Source: the human T2T-CHM13v2.0 reference genome, Homo sapiens. From it: a stretch of DNA of 64,000 nucleotides. Of the stretch, positions 1 to 14,270 are shown one piece after another. The notes under the pieces were generated by a model. It was not told the DNA's origin. It did no database searches and saw only the letters and a program-made list of their open reading frames with translations. The stretch lies in the NCBI RefSeq assembly GCF_009914755.1, contig NC_060937.1; one strand, 5' to 3'. Position numbers and translations under genes: made by a program. Positions within the stretch are counted from its first letter, which is position 1. Each line of letters opens with the position of its first letter.

Positions 1-2069
1 ATCAAAGTACACCACATATATATTCTATAGTGTACATAAAATATCAAAGTACCCAAACTATACATTATATACTGTACATAAAATATGAAATTACATCAAA
101 TATATATTATATTAGGTACATAAAATATGAAAGTACATCAAAAATAGATTATATACTGTACATAAAATACCAAAGTACCCCAAATATATATTTTATATTG
201 TACATGAAATATCAAAGTTCACAAACTATATATTATATACTGTACATAAAATATCAAAGTACCCAAGGTATATATTCTATACTGTACAAAAAATATCAAA
301 GTACCCAAAGCATGTATTATATACTGTACATAAAATATGAAAGTGCATCAAATATATATTTTATTCTGTACATAAAATATCAAAGTACACCAAATATATA
401 TTCTACAGTGTACATAAAATATCAAAGTACCCAAACTATACATTATATACTGTACATAAAATGTGAAATTACATCAAATATATATTATATTAGGTACAGA
501 AAATATGAAAATACATCCAATATAGATTATATACTGTACATAAAATACCAAAGTACCCAAATATATATTTTATACTGTACATGAATTATCAAAGTTCACA
601 AACTATATATTATATACTGTACATAAAATATCAAAGTACCCAAAGTATATATTCTATACTGTACAAAAAATATCAAAGTACCCAAACATGTATTATATAC
701 TGTACATGAAATATGAAAGCACATCAAATATATATTTTATTCTGTACATAAAATATCAAAGTACACCAAATATATATTCTATAGTGTACATAAAATATCA
801 AAGTACCCAAACTATACATTATATACTGTACATAAAATATGAAATTACATCAAATATATATTATATTAGGTACATAAAATATGAAAGTACATCAAATATA
901 GATTATATACTCTAGATAAAATACCAAAGTACCCCAAATATATATTTTATACTGTACATGAAATATCAAAGTTCACAAACTATATATTATAGACTGTACA
1001 TAAAATATCAAAGTACCAAAGGTATATATTCTATACTGTACAAAAAATATCAAAGTACCCCAACATGTATTATATACTGTACATGAAATATGAAAGTACA
1101 TGAAATATATATTTTATTCTGTACATAAAATATCAAAGTACACCAAATATATATTCTATAGTGTACATAAAATATCAAAGTACCCAAACTATACATTATA
1201 TACTGTACATAAAATATGAAATTACATCAAATATATATTATATTAGGTACATAAAATGTGAAAGTACATCAAATATAGATTATATACTGTACATAAAATA
1301 CCAAAGTACCCCAAATATATATTTTATACTGTACATGAAATATCAATGTTCACAAACTATATATTATATACTGTACATAAAATATCAAAATACTCAAGGT
1401 ATATATTATATACTGTACAAAAAATATCAAAGTACCCAAAGCATGTATTATATACTGTTCATAAAATATGAAAGTACATGAAATATATATTTTATTGTGT
1501 ACAAACAATATCAAAGTACACCAAATATATATTCTATACTGTACATAAAATATCAAAGTTCCCAAACTATACATTATATACTGTACATAAAATATGAAAT
1601 TATATCAAATATATATTAGTTACATAAAATATGAAAGTACATCAAATATATATTTTATTCTGTACATAAAATATCAAAGTACACCAAATATATATTCTAT
1701 ACTGTACATAAAATATCAAAATACCCAAACTATACATTATATACTGTACATAAAATATGAAATTACATCAAATATACATTATGTTATGTAGAGAAAATAT
1801 GAAAATACATCAAATATAGATTATATACTGTACATAAAATACCAAAGTACACCAAATATATATTTTATACTGTACATGAAATATCAAAGTTCACAAACTA
1901 TATATTATATACTGTACATAAAATATCAAAGTACTCAAGTTATATATTCTATACTGTACAAAAAATATCAAAGTACCCAAAGCATGTATTATATACTGTA
2001 CATAAAATATGAAAGTACATGAAATATATATTTTATACTGTACATAAAATATCAAAGTATACCAAATAT

Positions 2070-4330
2070 ATATTCTATAGTGTACATAAAATATCAAAGT
2101 ACCCAAACTATACCTTATATACTGTACATAAAATATGAAATTACATCAAATATATATTATATTAGGTACATAAAATATGAAAGTACATCAAATATAGATT
2201 ATATAGTGTACATAAAATACCAAAGTACCCCAAATATATATTTTATACTGTACATGAAATATCAAAGTTCACAAACTATATATTATATACTGTACATAAA
2301 ATATCAAAGTACCCAAGGTATATATTCTATACTGTACAAATAATATCAAAGTACCCAAACATGTATTATATACTGTACATGAAATATGAAAGTACATCAA
2401 ATATATATTTTATTCTGTACATAAAATATCAAAGTACACCAAATATATATTCTATAGTGTACATAAAATATCAAAGTACCCAAGCTATACCTTATATACT
2501 GTACATAAAATATGAAATTACATCAAATATATATTATATTAGGTACAGAAAATATGAAAATACATCCAATATAGATTATATACTGTACATAAAATACCAA
2601 AGTACCCCAAATATATATTTTATTCTGTACATGAAATATCAAAGTTCACAAACTATATATTATATACTGTACATAAAATATCAAAGTACCCAAGGTATAT
2701 ATTCTATACTGTACAAAAAATATCAAAGTACCCAAACATGTATTATATACTGTACATGAAATATGAAAGCACATCAAATATATATTTTATTCTGTACATA
2801 AAATATCAAAGTACACCAAATATATATTCTATAGTGTACATAAAATATCAAAGTACCCAAACTATACATTATATACTGTACATAAAATATGAAATTACAT
2901 CAAATATATATTATATTAGGTCCATAAAATATGAAAATACATCAAATATAGATTATATACTGTACATAAAATACCAAAGTACCCCAAATATATATTTTAT
3001 ACTGTACATGAAATATCAAAGTTCACAAACTATATATTATATACTGTACATAAAATATCAAAGTACTCGTTATATATTCTATACTGTACAAAAAATATCA
3101 AAGTACCCAAAGCATGTATTATATACTGTACATAAAATATGAAAGTACATCAAATATATATTTTATTCTGTACATAAAATATCAAAGTACACCAAATATA
3201 TATTCTATAGTGTACATAAAATATCAAAGTACCCAAACTATACCTTATATACTGTACATAAAATATGAAATTACATCAAATATATATTATATTAGGTACA
3301 TAAAATATGAAAGTACATCAAATATAGATTATATAGTGTACATAAAATACCAAAGTACCCCAAATATATATTTTATACTGTACATGAAATATCAAAGTTC
3401 ACAAACTATATATTATATACTGTACATAAAATATCAAAGTACCCAAGGTATATATTCTATACTGTACAAATAATATCAAAGTACCCAAACATGTATTATA
3501 TACTGTACATGAAATATGAAAGTACATCAAATATATATTTTATTCTGTACATAAAATATCAAAGTACACCAAATATATATTCTATAGTGTACATAAAATA
3601 TCAAAGTACCCAAGCTATACCTTATATACTGTACATAAAATATGAAATTACATCAAATATATATTATATTAGGTACAGAAAATATGAAAATACATCCAAT
3701 ATAGATTATATACTGTACATAAAATACCAAAGTACCCCAAATATATATTTTATTCTGTACATGAAATATCAAAGTTCACAAACTATATATTATATACTGT
3801 ACATAAAATATCAAAGTACCCAAGGTATATATTCTATACTGTACAAAAAATATCAAAGTACCCAAACATGTATTATATACTGTACATGAAATATGAAAGC
3901 ACATCAAATATATATTTTATTCTGTACATAAAATATCAAAGTACACCAAATATATATTCTATAGTGTACATAAAATATCAAAGTACCCAAACTATACATT
4001 ATATACTGTACATAAAATATGAAATTACATCAAATATATATTATATTAGGTCCATAAAATATGAAAATACATCAAATATAGATTATATACTGTACATAAA
4101 ATACCAAAGTACCCCAAATATATATTTTATACTGTACATGAAATATCAAAGTTCACAAACTATATATTATATACTGTACATAAAATATCAAAGTACTCGT
4201 TATATATTCTATACTGTACAAAAAATATCAAAGTACCCAAAGCATGTATTATATACTGTACATAAAATATGAAAGTACATCAAATATATATTTTATTCTG
4301 TACATAAAATATCAAAGTACACCAAATATA
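2070..4330 (+). repeat. Tandem duplication of a 1130-bp three-HOR unit (377+376+377)
   Basis: Identical ORFs at 2361/3491 and 2738/3868 (offset 1130). Shared private variants: CAAGCTATACC, AGGTCCATA, 2-bp deletion GTACTCGTTAT, TACAAATAATATC. Confidence 0.85.
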
Positions 4331-7300
4331 TATTCTATAGTGTACATAAAATATCAAAGTACCCAAACTATACATTATATACTGTACATAAAATATGAAA
4401 TTACATCAAATATATATTATATTAGGTACATAAAATATGAAAGTACATCAAAAATAGATTATATACTGTACATAAAATACCAAATTACCCCAAATATATA
4501 TTTTATATTGTATATGAAATATCAAAGTTCACAAACTATATATTATATACTGTACATAAAATATCAAAGTACCCAAGGTATATCTTCTATACTGTACAAA
4601 TAATATCAAAGTACCCAAACATGTATTATATACTGTACATGAAATATGAAAGTACATCAAATATATATTTTATTCTGTACATAAAATATCAAAGTACACC
4701 AAATATATATTCTATAGTGTACATAAAATATCAAAGTACCCAAACTATACCTTATATACTGTACATAAAATATGAAATTACATCAAATATATATTATATT
4801 AGGTATATAAAATATGAAAGTACATCAAATATAGATTATATACTGTACATAAAATATCAAAGTACCCAAGGTATATATTCTATACTGTACAAAAAATATC
4901 AAAGTACCCAAACATGTATTATATACTGTACATGAAATATGAAAGCACATCAAATATATATTTTATTCTGTACATAAAATATCAAAGTACACCAAATATA
5001 TATTCTATAGTGTACATAAAATATCAAAGTACCCAAACTATACATTATATACTGTACATAAAATATGAAATTACATCAAATATATATTATATTAGGTACA
5101 TAAAATATGAAAGTACATCAAATATAGATTATATACTGTACATAAAATACCAAAGTACCCCAAATATGTATTTGATACTGTACATGAAATATCAATGTTC
5201 ACAAACTATATATTATATACTGTACATAAAATATCAAAGTACTCAAGGTATATATTCTATAGTGTACAAAAAATATCAAAGTACCCAAAGCATGTATTAT
5301 ATACTGTACATAAAATATGAAAGTACATGAAATATATATTTTATTGTGTACAAACAATGTCAAAGTACACCAAATATATATTCTATACTGTACATAAAAT
5401 ATCAAAGTACCCAAACTATACATTATATACTGTACATAAAATATGAAATTACATCAAATATATATTAGGTACATAAAATATGAAAGTACATCAAAAATAG
5501 ATTATATACTGTACATAAAATACCAAAGTACCCCAAATATATATTTTATATTGTACATGAAATATCAAAGTTCACAAACTATATATTATATACTGTACAT
5601 AAAATATCAAAGTACCCAAGGTATATATTCTATACTGTACAAAAAATATCAAAGTACCCAAAGCATGTATTATATACTGTACATAAAATATGAAAGTGCA
5701 TCAAATATATATTTTATTCTGTACATAAAATATCAAAGTACACCAAATATATATTCTACAGTGTACATAAAATATCAAAGTACCCAAACTATACATTATA
5801 TACTGTACATAAAATATGAAATTACATCAAATATATATTATATTAGGTACAGAAAATATGAAAATACATCTAATATAGATTATATACTGTACATAAAATA
5901 CCAAAGTACCCCAAATATATATTTTATACTGTACATGAAATATCAAATTTCACAAACTATATATTATATACTGTACATAAAATATCAAAGTACCCAAGGT
6001 ATATATTCTATACTGTACAAAAAATATCAAAGTACCCAAACATGTATTATATACTGTACATGAAATATGAAAGCACATCAAATATATATTTTATTCTGTA
6101 CATAAAATATCAAAGTACACCAAATATATATTCTATAGTGTACATAAAATATCAAAGTACCCAAACTATACATTATATACTGTACATAAAATATGAAATT
6201 ACATCAAATATATATTATATTAGGTACATAAAATATGAAAGTACATCAAATATAGATTATATACTCTACATAAAATACCAAAGTACCCCAAATATATATT
6301 TTATACTGTACATGAAATATCAAAGTTCACAAACTATATATTATATACTGTACATAAAATATCAAAGTACTCAAGTTATATATTCTATACTGTACAAAAA
6401 ATATCAAAGTACCCAAAGCATGTATTATATACTGTACATAAAATATGAAAGTACATCAAATATATATTTTATTCTGTACATAAAATATCAAAGTACACCA
6501 AATATATATTCTATAGTGTACATAAAATATCAAAGTACCCAAACTATACATTATATACTGTACATAAAATATGAAATTACATCAAATATATATTATATTA
6601 GGTACATAAAATATGAAAGTACATCAAAAATAGATTATATACTGTACATAAAATACCAAAGTACCCCAAATATATATTTTATATTGTATATGAAATATCA
6701 AAGTTCACAAACTATATATTATATACTGTACATAAAATATCAAAGTACCCAAGGTATATATTCTATACTGTACAAATAATATCAAAGTACCCAAACATGT
6801 ATTATATACTGTACATGAAATATGAAAGTACATCAAATATATATTTTATTCTGTACATAAAATATCAAAGTACACCAAATATATATTCTATAGTGTACAT
6901 AAAATATCAAAGTACCCAAGCTATACCTTATATACTGTACATAAAATATGAAATTACATCAAATATATATTATATTAGGTACAGAAAATATGAAAATACA
7001 TCCAATATAGATTATATACTGTACATAAAATACCAAAGTACCCCAAATATATATTTTATTCTGTACATGAAATATCAAAGTTCACAAACTATATATTATA
7101 TACTGTACATAAAATATCAAAGTACCCAAGGTATATATTCTATACTGTACAAAAAATATCAAAGTACCCAAACATGTATTATATACTGTACATGAAATAT
7201 GAAAGCACATCAAATATATATTTTATTCTGTACATAAAATATCAAAGTACACCAAATATATATTCTATAGTGTACATAAAATATCAAAGTACCCAAACTA

Positions 7301-10300
7301 TACATTATATACTGTACATAAAATATGAAATTACATCAAATATATATTATATTAGGTACATAAAATATGAAAATACATCAAATATAGATTATATACTGTA
7401 CATAAAATACCAAAGTACCCCAAATATATATTTTATACTGTACATGAAATATCAAAGTTCACAAACTATATATTATATACTGTACATAAAATATCAAAGT
7501 ACTCGTTATATATTCTATACTGTACAAAAAATATCAAAGTACCCAAAGCATGTATTATATACTGTACATAAAATATGAAAGTACATCAAATATATATTTT
7601 ATTCTGTACATAAAATATCAAAGTACACCAAATATATATTCTATAGTGTACATAAAATATCAAAGTACCCAAACTATACATTATATACTGTACATAAAAT
7701 ATGAAATTACATCAAATATATATTATATTAGGTACATAAAATATGAAAGTACATCAAAAATAGATTATATACTGTACATAAAATACCAAATTACCCCAAA
7801 TATATATTTTATATTGTATATGAAATATCAAAGTTCACAAACTATATATTATATACTGTACATAAAATATCAAAGTACCCTAGGTATATCTTCTATACTG
7901 TACAAATAATATCAAAGTACCCAAACATGTATTATATACTGTACATGAAATATGAAAGTACATCAAATATATATTTTATTCTGTACATAAAATATCAAAG
8001 TACACCAAATATATATTCTATAGTGTACATAAAATATCAAAGTACCCAAACTATACCTTATATACTGTACATAAAATACGAAATTACATCAAATATATAT
8101 TATATTAGGTACATAAAATATGAAAGTACATCAAATATAGATTATATACTGTACATAAAATATCAAAGTACCCAAGGTATATATTCTATACTGTACAAAA
8201 AATATCAAAGTACCCAAACATGTATTATATACTGTACATGAAATATGAAAGTACATCAAATATATATTTTATTCTGTACATAAAATATCAAAGTACACCA
8301 AATATATATTCTATAGTGTACATAAAATATCAAAGTACCCAAGCTATACCTTATATACTGTACATAAAATATGAAATTACATCAAATATATATTATATTA
8401 GGTACAGAAAATATGAAAATACATCCAATATAGATTATATACTGTACATAAAATACCAAAGTACCCCAAATATATATTTTATTCTGTACATGAAATATCA
8501 AAGTTCACAAACTATATATTATATACTGTACATAAAATATCAAAGTACCAAAGGTATATATTCTATACTGTACAAAAAATATCAAAGTACCCCAACATGT
8601 ATTATATACTGTACATGAAATATGAAAGTACATGAAATATATATTTTATTCTGTACATAAAATATCAAAGTACACCAAATATATATTCTATAGTGTACAT
8701 AAAATATCAAAGTACCCAAACTATACATTATATACTGTACATAAAATATGAAATTACATCAAATATATATTATATTAGGTACATAAAATGTGAAAGTACA
8801 TCAAATATAGATTATATACTGTACATAAAATACCAAAGTACCCCAAATATATATTTTATACTGTACATGAAATATCAATGTTCACAAACTATATATTATA
8901 TACTGTACATAAAATATCAAAATACTCAAGGTATATATTATATACTGTACAAAAAATATCAAAGTACCCAAAGCATGTATTATATACTGTTCATAAAATA
9001 TGAAAGTACATGAAATATATATTTTATTGTGTACAAACAATATCAAAGTACACCAAATATATATTCTATACTGTACATAAAATATCAAAGTTCCCAAACT
9101 ATACATTATATACTGTACATAAAATATGAAATTATATCAAATATATATTAGTTACATAAAATATGAAAGTACATCAAATATATATTTTATTCTGTACATA
9201 AAATATCAAAGTACACCAAATATATATTCTATACTGTACATAAAATATCAAAATACCCAAACTATACATTATATACTGTACATAAAATATGAAATTACAT
9301 CAAATATACATTATGTTATGTAGAGAAAATATGAAAATACATCAAATATAGATTATATACTGTACATAAAATACCAAAGTACACCAAATATATATTTTAT
9401 ACTGTACATGAAATATCAAAGTTCACAAACTATATATTATATACTGTACATAAAATATCAAAGTACTCAAGTTATATATTCTATACTGTACAAAAAATAT
9501 CAAAGTACCCAAAGCATGTATTATATACTGTACATAAAATATGAAAGTACATGAAATATATATTTTATACTGTACATAAAATATCAAAGTACACCAAATA
9601 TATATTCTATAGTGTACATAAAATATCAAAGTACCCAAACTATACCTTATATACTGTACATAAAATATGAAATTACATCAAATATATATTATATTAGGTA
9701 CATAAAATATGAAAGTACATCAAATATAGATTATATAGTGTACATAAAATACCAAAGTACCCCAAATATATATTTTATACTGTACATGAAATATCAAAGT
9801 TCACAAACTATATATTATATACTGTACATAAAATATCAAAGTACCCAAGGTATATATTCTATACTGTACAAAAAATATCAAAGTACCCAAACATGTATTA
9901 TATACTGTACATGAAATATGAAAGTACATCAAATATATATTTTATTCTGTACATAAAATATCAAAGTACACCAAATATATATTCTATAGTGTACATAAAA
10001 TATCAAAGTACCCAAACTATACCTTATATACTGTACATAAAATATGAAATTACATCAAATATATATTATATTAGGTACATAAAATATGAAAGTACATCAA
10101 ATATAGATTATATACTGTACATAAAATACCAAAGTACCCGAAATATATATTTTATATTGTACATGAAATATCAAAGTTCACAAACTATATATTATATACT
10201 GTACATAAAATATCAAAGTACCCAAGGTATATATTCTATACTGTACAAAAAATATCAAAGTACCCAAAGCATGTATTATATACTGTACATAAAATATGAA

Positions 10301-13300
10301 AGTGCATCAAATATATATTTTATTCTGTACATAAAATATCAAAGTACACCAAATATATATTCTACAGTGTACATAAAATATCAAAGTACCCAAACTATAC
10401 ATTATATACTGTACATAAAATAGGAAATTACATCAAATATATATTATATTAGGTACAGAAAATATGAAAATACATCCAATATAGATTATATACTGTACAT
10501 AAAATACCAAAGTACCCCAAATATATATTTTATACTGTACATGAAATATCAAAGTTCACAAACTATATATTATATACTGTACATAAAATATCAAAGTACC
10601 CAAGGTATATATTCTATACTGTACAAAAAATATCAAACTACCCAAACATGTATTATATACTGTACATGAAATATGAAAGCACATCAAATATATATTTTAT
10701 TCTGTACATAAAATATCAAAGTACACCAAATATATATTCTATAGTGTACATGAAATATCAAAGTACCCAAACTATACATTATATACTGTACATAAAATAT
10801 GAAATTACATCAAATATATATTATATTAGGTACATAAAATATGAAAGTACATCAAATATAGATTATATACTCTACATAAAATACCAAAGTACCCCAAATA
10901 TATATTTTATACTGTACATGAAATATCAAAGTTCACAAACTATATATTATATACTGTACATAAAATATCAAAGTACTCAAGTTATATATTCTATACTGTA
11001 CAAAAAATATCAAAGTACCCAAAGCATGTACTATATACTGTACATAAAATATGAAAGTACATCAAATATATATTTTATTCTGTACATAAAATATCAAAGT
11101 ACACCAAATATATATTCTATAGTGTACATAAAATATCAAAGTACCCAAACTATACATTATATACTGTACATAAAATATGAAATTACATCAAATATATATT
11201 ATATTAGGTACATAAAATATGAAAGTACATCAAATATAAATTATATACTGTACATAAAATACCAAAGTACCCCAAATATATATTTTATATTGTATATGAA
11301 ATATCAAAGTTCACAAACTATATATTATATACTGTACATAAAATATCAAAGTACCCAAGGTATATATTCTATACTGTACAAATAATATCAAAGTACCCAA
11401 ACATGTATTATATACTGTACATGAAATATGAAAGTACATCAAATATATATTTTATTCTGTACATAAAATATCAAAGTACACCAAATATATATTCTATAGT
11501 GTACATAAAATATCAAAGTACCCAAGCTATACCTTATATACTGTACATAAAATATGAAATTACATCAAATATATATTATATTAGGTACAGAAAATATGAA
11601 AATACATCCAATATAGATTATATACTGTACATAAAATACCAAAGTACCCCAAATATATATTTTATTCTGTACATGAAATATCAAAGTTCACACACTATAT
11701 ATTATATACTGTACATAAAATATCAAAGTACCCAAGGTATATATTCTATACTGTACAAAAAATATCAAAGTACCCAAACATGTATTATATACTGTACATG
11801 AAATATGAAAGCACATCAAATATATATTTTATTCTGTACATAAAATATCAAAGTACACCAAATATATATTCTATAGTGTACATAAAATATCAAAGTACCC
11901 AAACTATACATTATATACTGTACATAAAATATGAAATTACATCAAATATATATTATATTAGGTCCATAAAATATGAAAATACATCAAATATAGATTATAT
12001 ACTGTACATAAAATACCAAAGTACCCCAAATATATATTTTATACTGTACATGAAATATCAAAGTTCACAAACTATATATTATATACTGTACATAAAATAT
12101 CAAAGTACTCGTTATATATTCTATACTGTACAAAAAATATCAAAGTACCCAAAGCATGTATTATATACTGTACATAAAATATGAAAGTACATCAAATATA
12201 TATTTTATTCTGTACATAAAATATCAAAGTACACCAAATATATATTCTATAGTGTACATAAAATATCAAAGAACCCAAACTATACATTATATACTGTACA
12301 TAAAATATGAAATTACATCAAATATATATTATATTAGGTACATAAAATATGAAAGTACATCAAAAATAGATTATATACTGTACATAAAATACCAAATTAC
12401 CCCAAATATATATTTTATATTGTATATGAAATATCAAAGTTCACAAACTATATATTATATACTGTACATAAAATATCAAAGTACGCAAGGTATATCTTCT
12501 ATACGGTACAAATAATATCAAAGTACCCAAACATGTATTATATACTGTACATGAAATATGAAAGTACATCAAATATATATTTTATTCTGTACATAAAATA
12601 TCAAAGTACACCAAATATATATTCTATAGTGTACATAAAATATCAAAGTACCCAAACTATACCTTATATACTGTACATAAAATATGAAATTACATCAAAT
12701 ATATATTATATTAGGTACATAAAATATGAAAGTACATCAAATATAGATTATATACTGTACATAAAATATCAAAGTACCCAAGGTATATATTCTATACTGT
12801 ACAAAAAATATCAAAGTACCCAAACATGTATTATATACTGTACATGAAATATGAAAGCACATCAAATATATATTTTATTCTGTACATAAAATATCAAAGT
12901 ACACCAAATATATATTCTATAGTGTACATAAAATATCAAAGTACCCAAACTATACATTATATACTGTACATAAAATATGAAATTACATCAAATATATATT
13001 ATATTAGGTACATAAAATATGAAAGTACATCAAATATAGATTATATACTGTACATAAAATACCAAAGTACCCCAAATATGTATTTGATACTGTACATGAA
13101 ATATCAATGTTCACAAACTATATATTATATACTGTACATAAAATATCAAAGTACTCAAGGTATATATTCTATAGTGTACAAAAAATATCAAAGTACCCAA
13201 AGCATGTATTATATACTGTACATAAAATATGAAAGTACATGAAATATATATTTTATTGTGTACAAACAATGTCAAAGTACACCAAATATATATTCTATAC

Positions 13301-14270
13301 TGTACATAAAATATCAAAGTACCCAAACTATACATTATATACTGTACATAAAATATGAAATTACATCAAATATATATTAGGTACATAAAATATGAAAGTA
13401 CATCAAAAATAGATTATATACTGTACATAAAATACCAAAGTACCCCAAATATATATTTTATATTGTACATGAAATATCAAAGTTCACAAACTATATATTA
13501 TATACTGTACATAAAATATCAAAGTACCCAAGGTATATATTCTATACTGTACAAAAAATATCAAAGTACCCAAAGCATGTATTATATACTGTACATAAAA
13601 TATGAAAGTGCATCAAATATATATTTTATTCTGTACATAAAATATCAAAGTACACCAAATATATATTCTACAGTGTACATAAAATATCAAAGTACCCAAA
13701 CTATACATTAAATACTGTACATAAAATATGAAATTACATCAAATATATATTATATTAGGTACAGAAAATATGAAAATACATCCAATATAGATTATATACT
13801 GTACATAAAATACCAAAGTACCCCAAATATATATTTTATACTGTACATGAAATATCAAAGTTCACAAACTATATATTATATACTGTACATAAAATATCAA
13901 AGTACCCAAGGTATATATTCTATACTGTACAAAAAATATCAAAGTACCCAAACATGTATTATATACTGTACATGAAATATGAAAGCATATCAAATATATA
14001 TTTTATTCTGTACATAAAATATCAAAGTACACCAAATATATATTCTATAGTGTACATAAAATATCAAAGTACCCAAACTATACATTATATACTGTACATA
14101 AAATATGAAATTACATCAAATATATATTATATTAGGTACATAAAATATGAAAGTACATCAAATATAGATTATATACTCTACATAAAATACCAAAGTACCC
14201 CAAATATATATTTTATACTGTACATGAAATATCAAAGTTCACAAACTATATATTATATACTGTACATAAA
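3400..14270 (+). repeat. Copies of a 3306-bp super-unit (eight ~9-mer HORs plus one 293-bp 7-mer), at offsets 3306, 4606 and 7912 bp
   Basis: ORF triplets 3491/6797/11403, 3868/7174/11780, 4244/7550/12156, 4621/7927/12533 and 6042/10648/13954. Pairs 4914/12826, 5199/13111 and 5443/13355. Confidence 0.8.
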
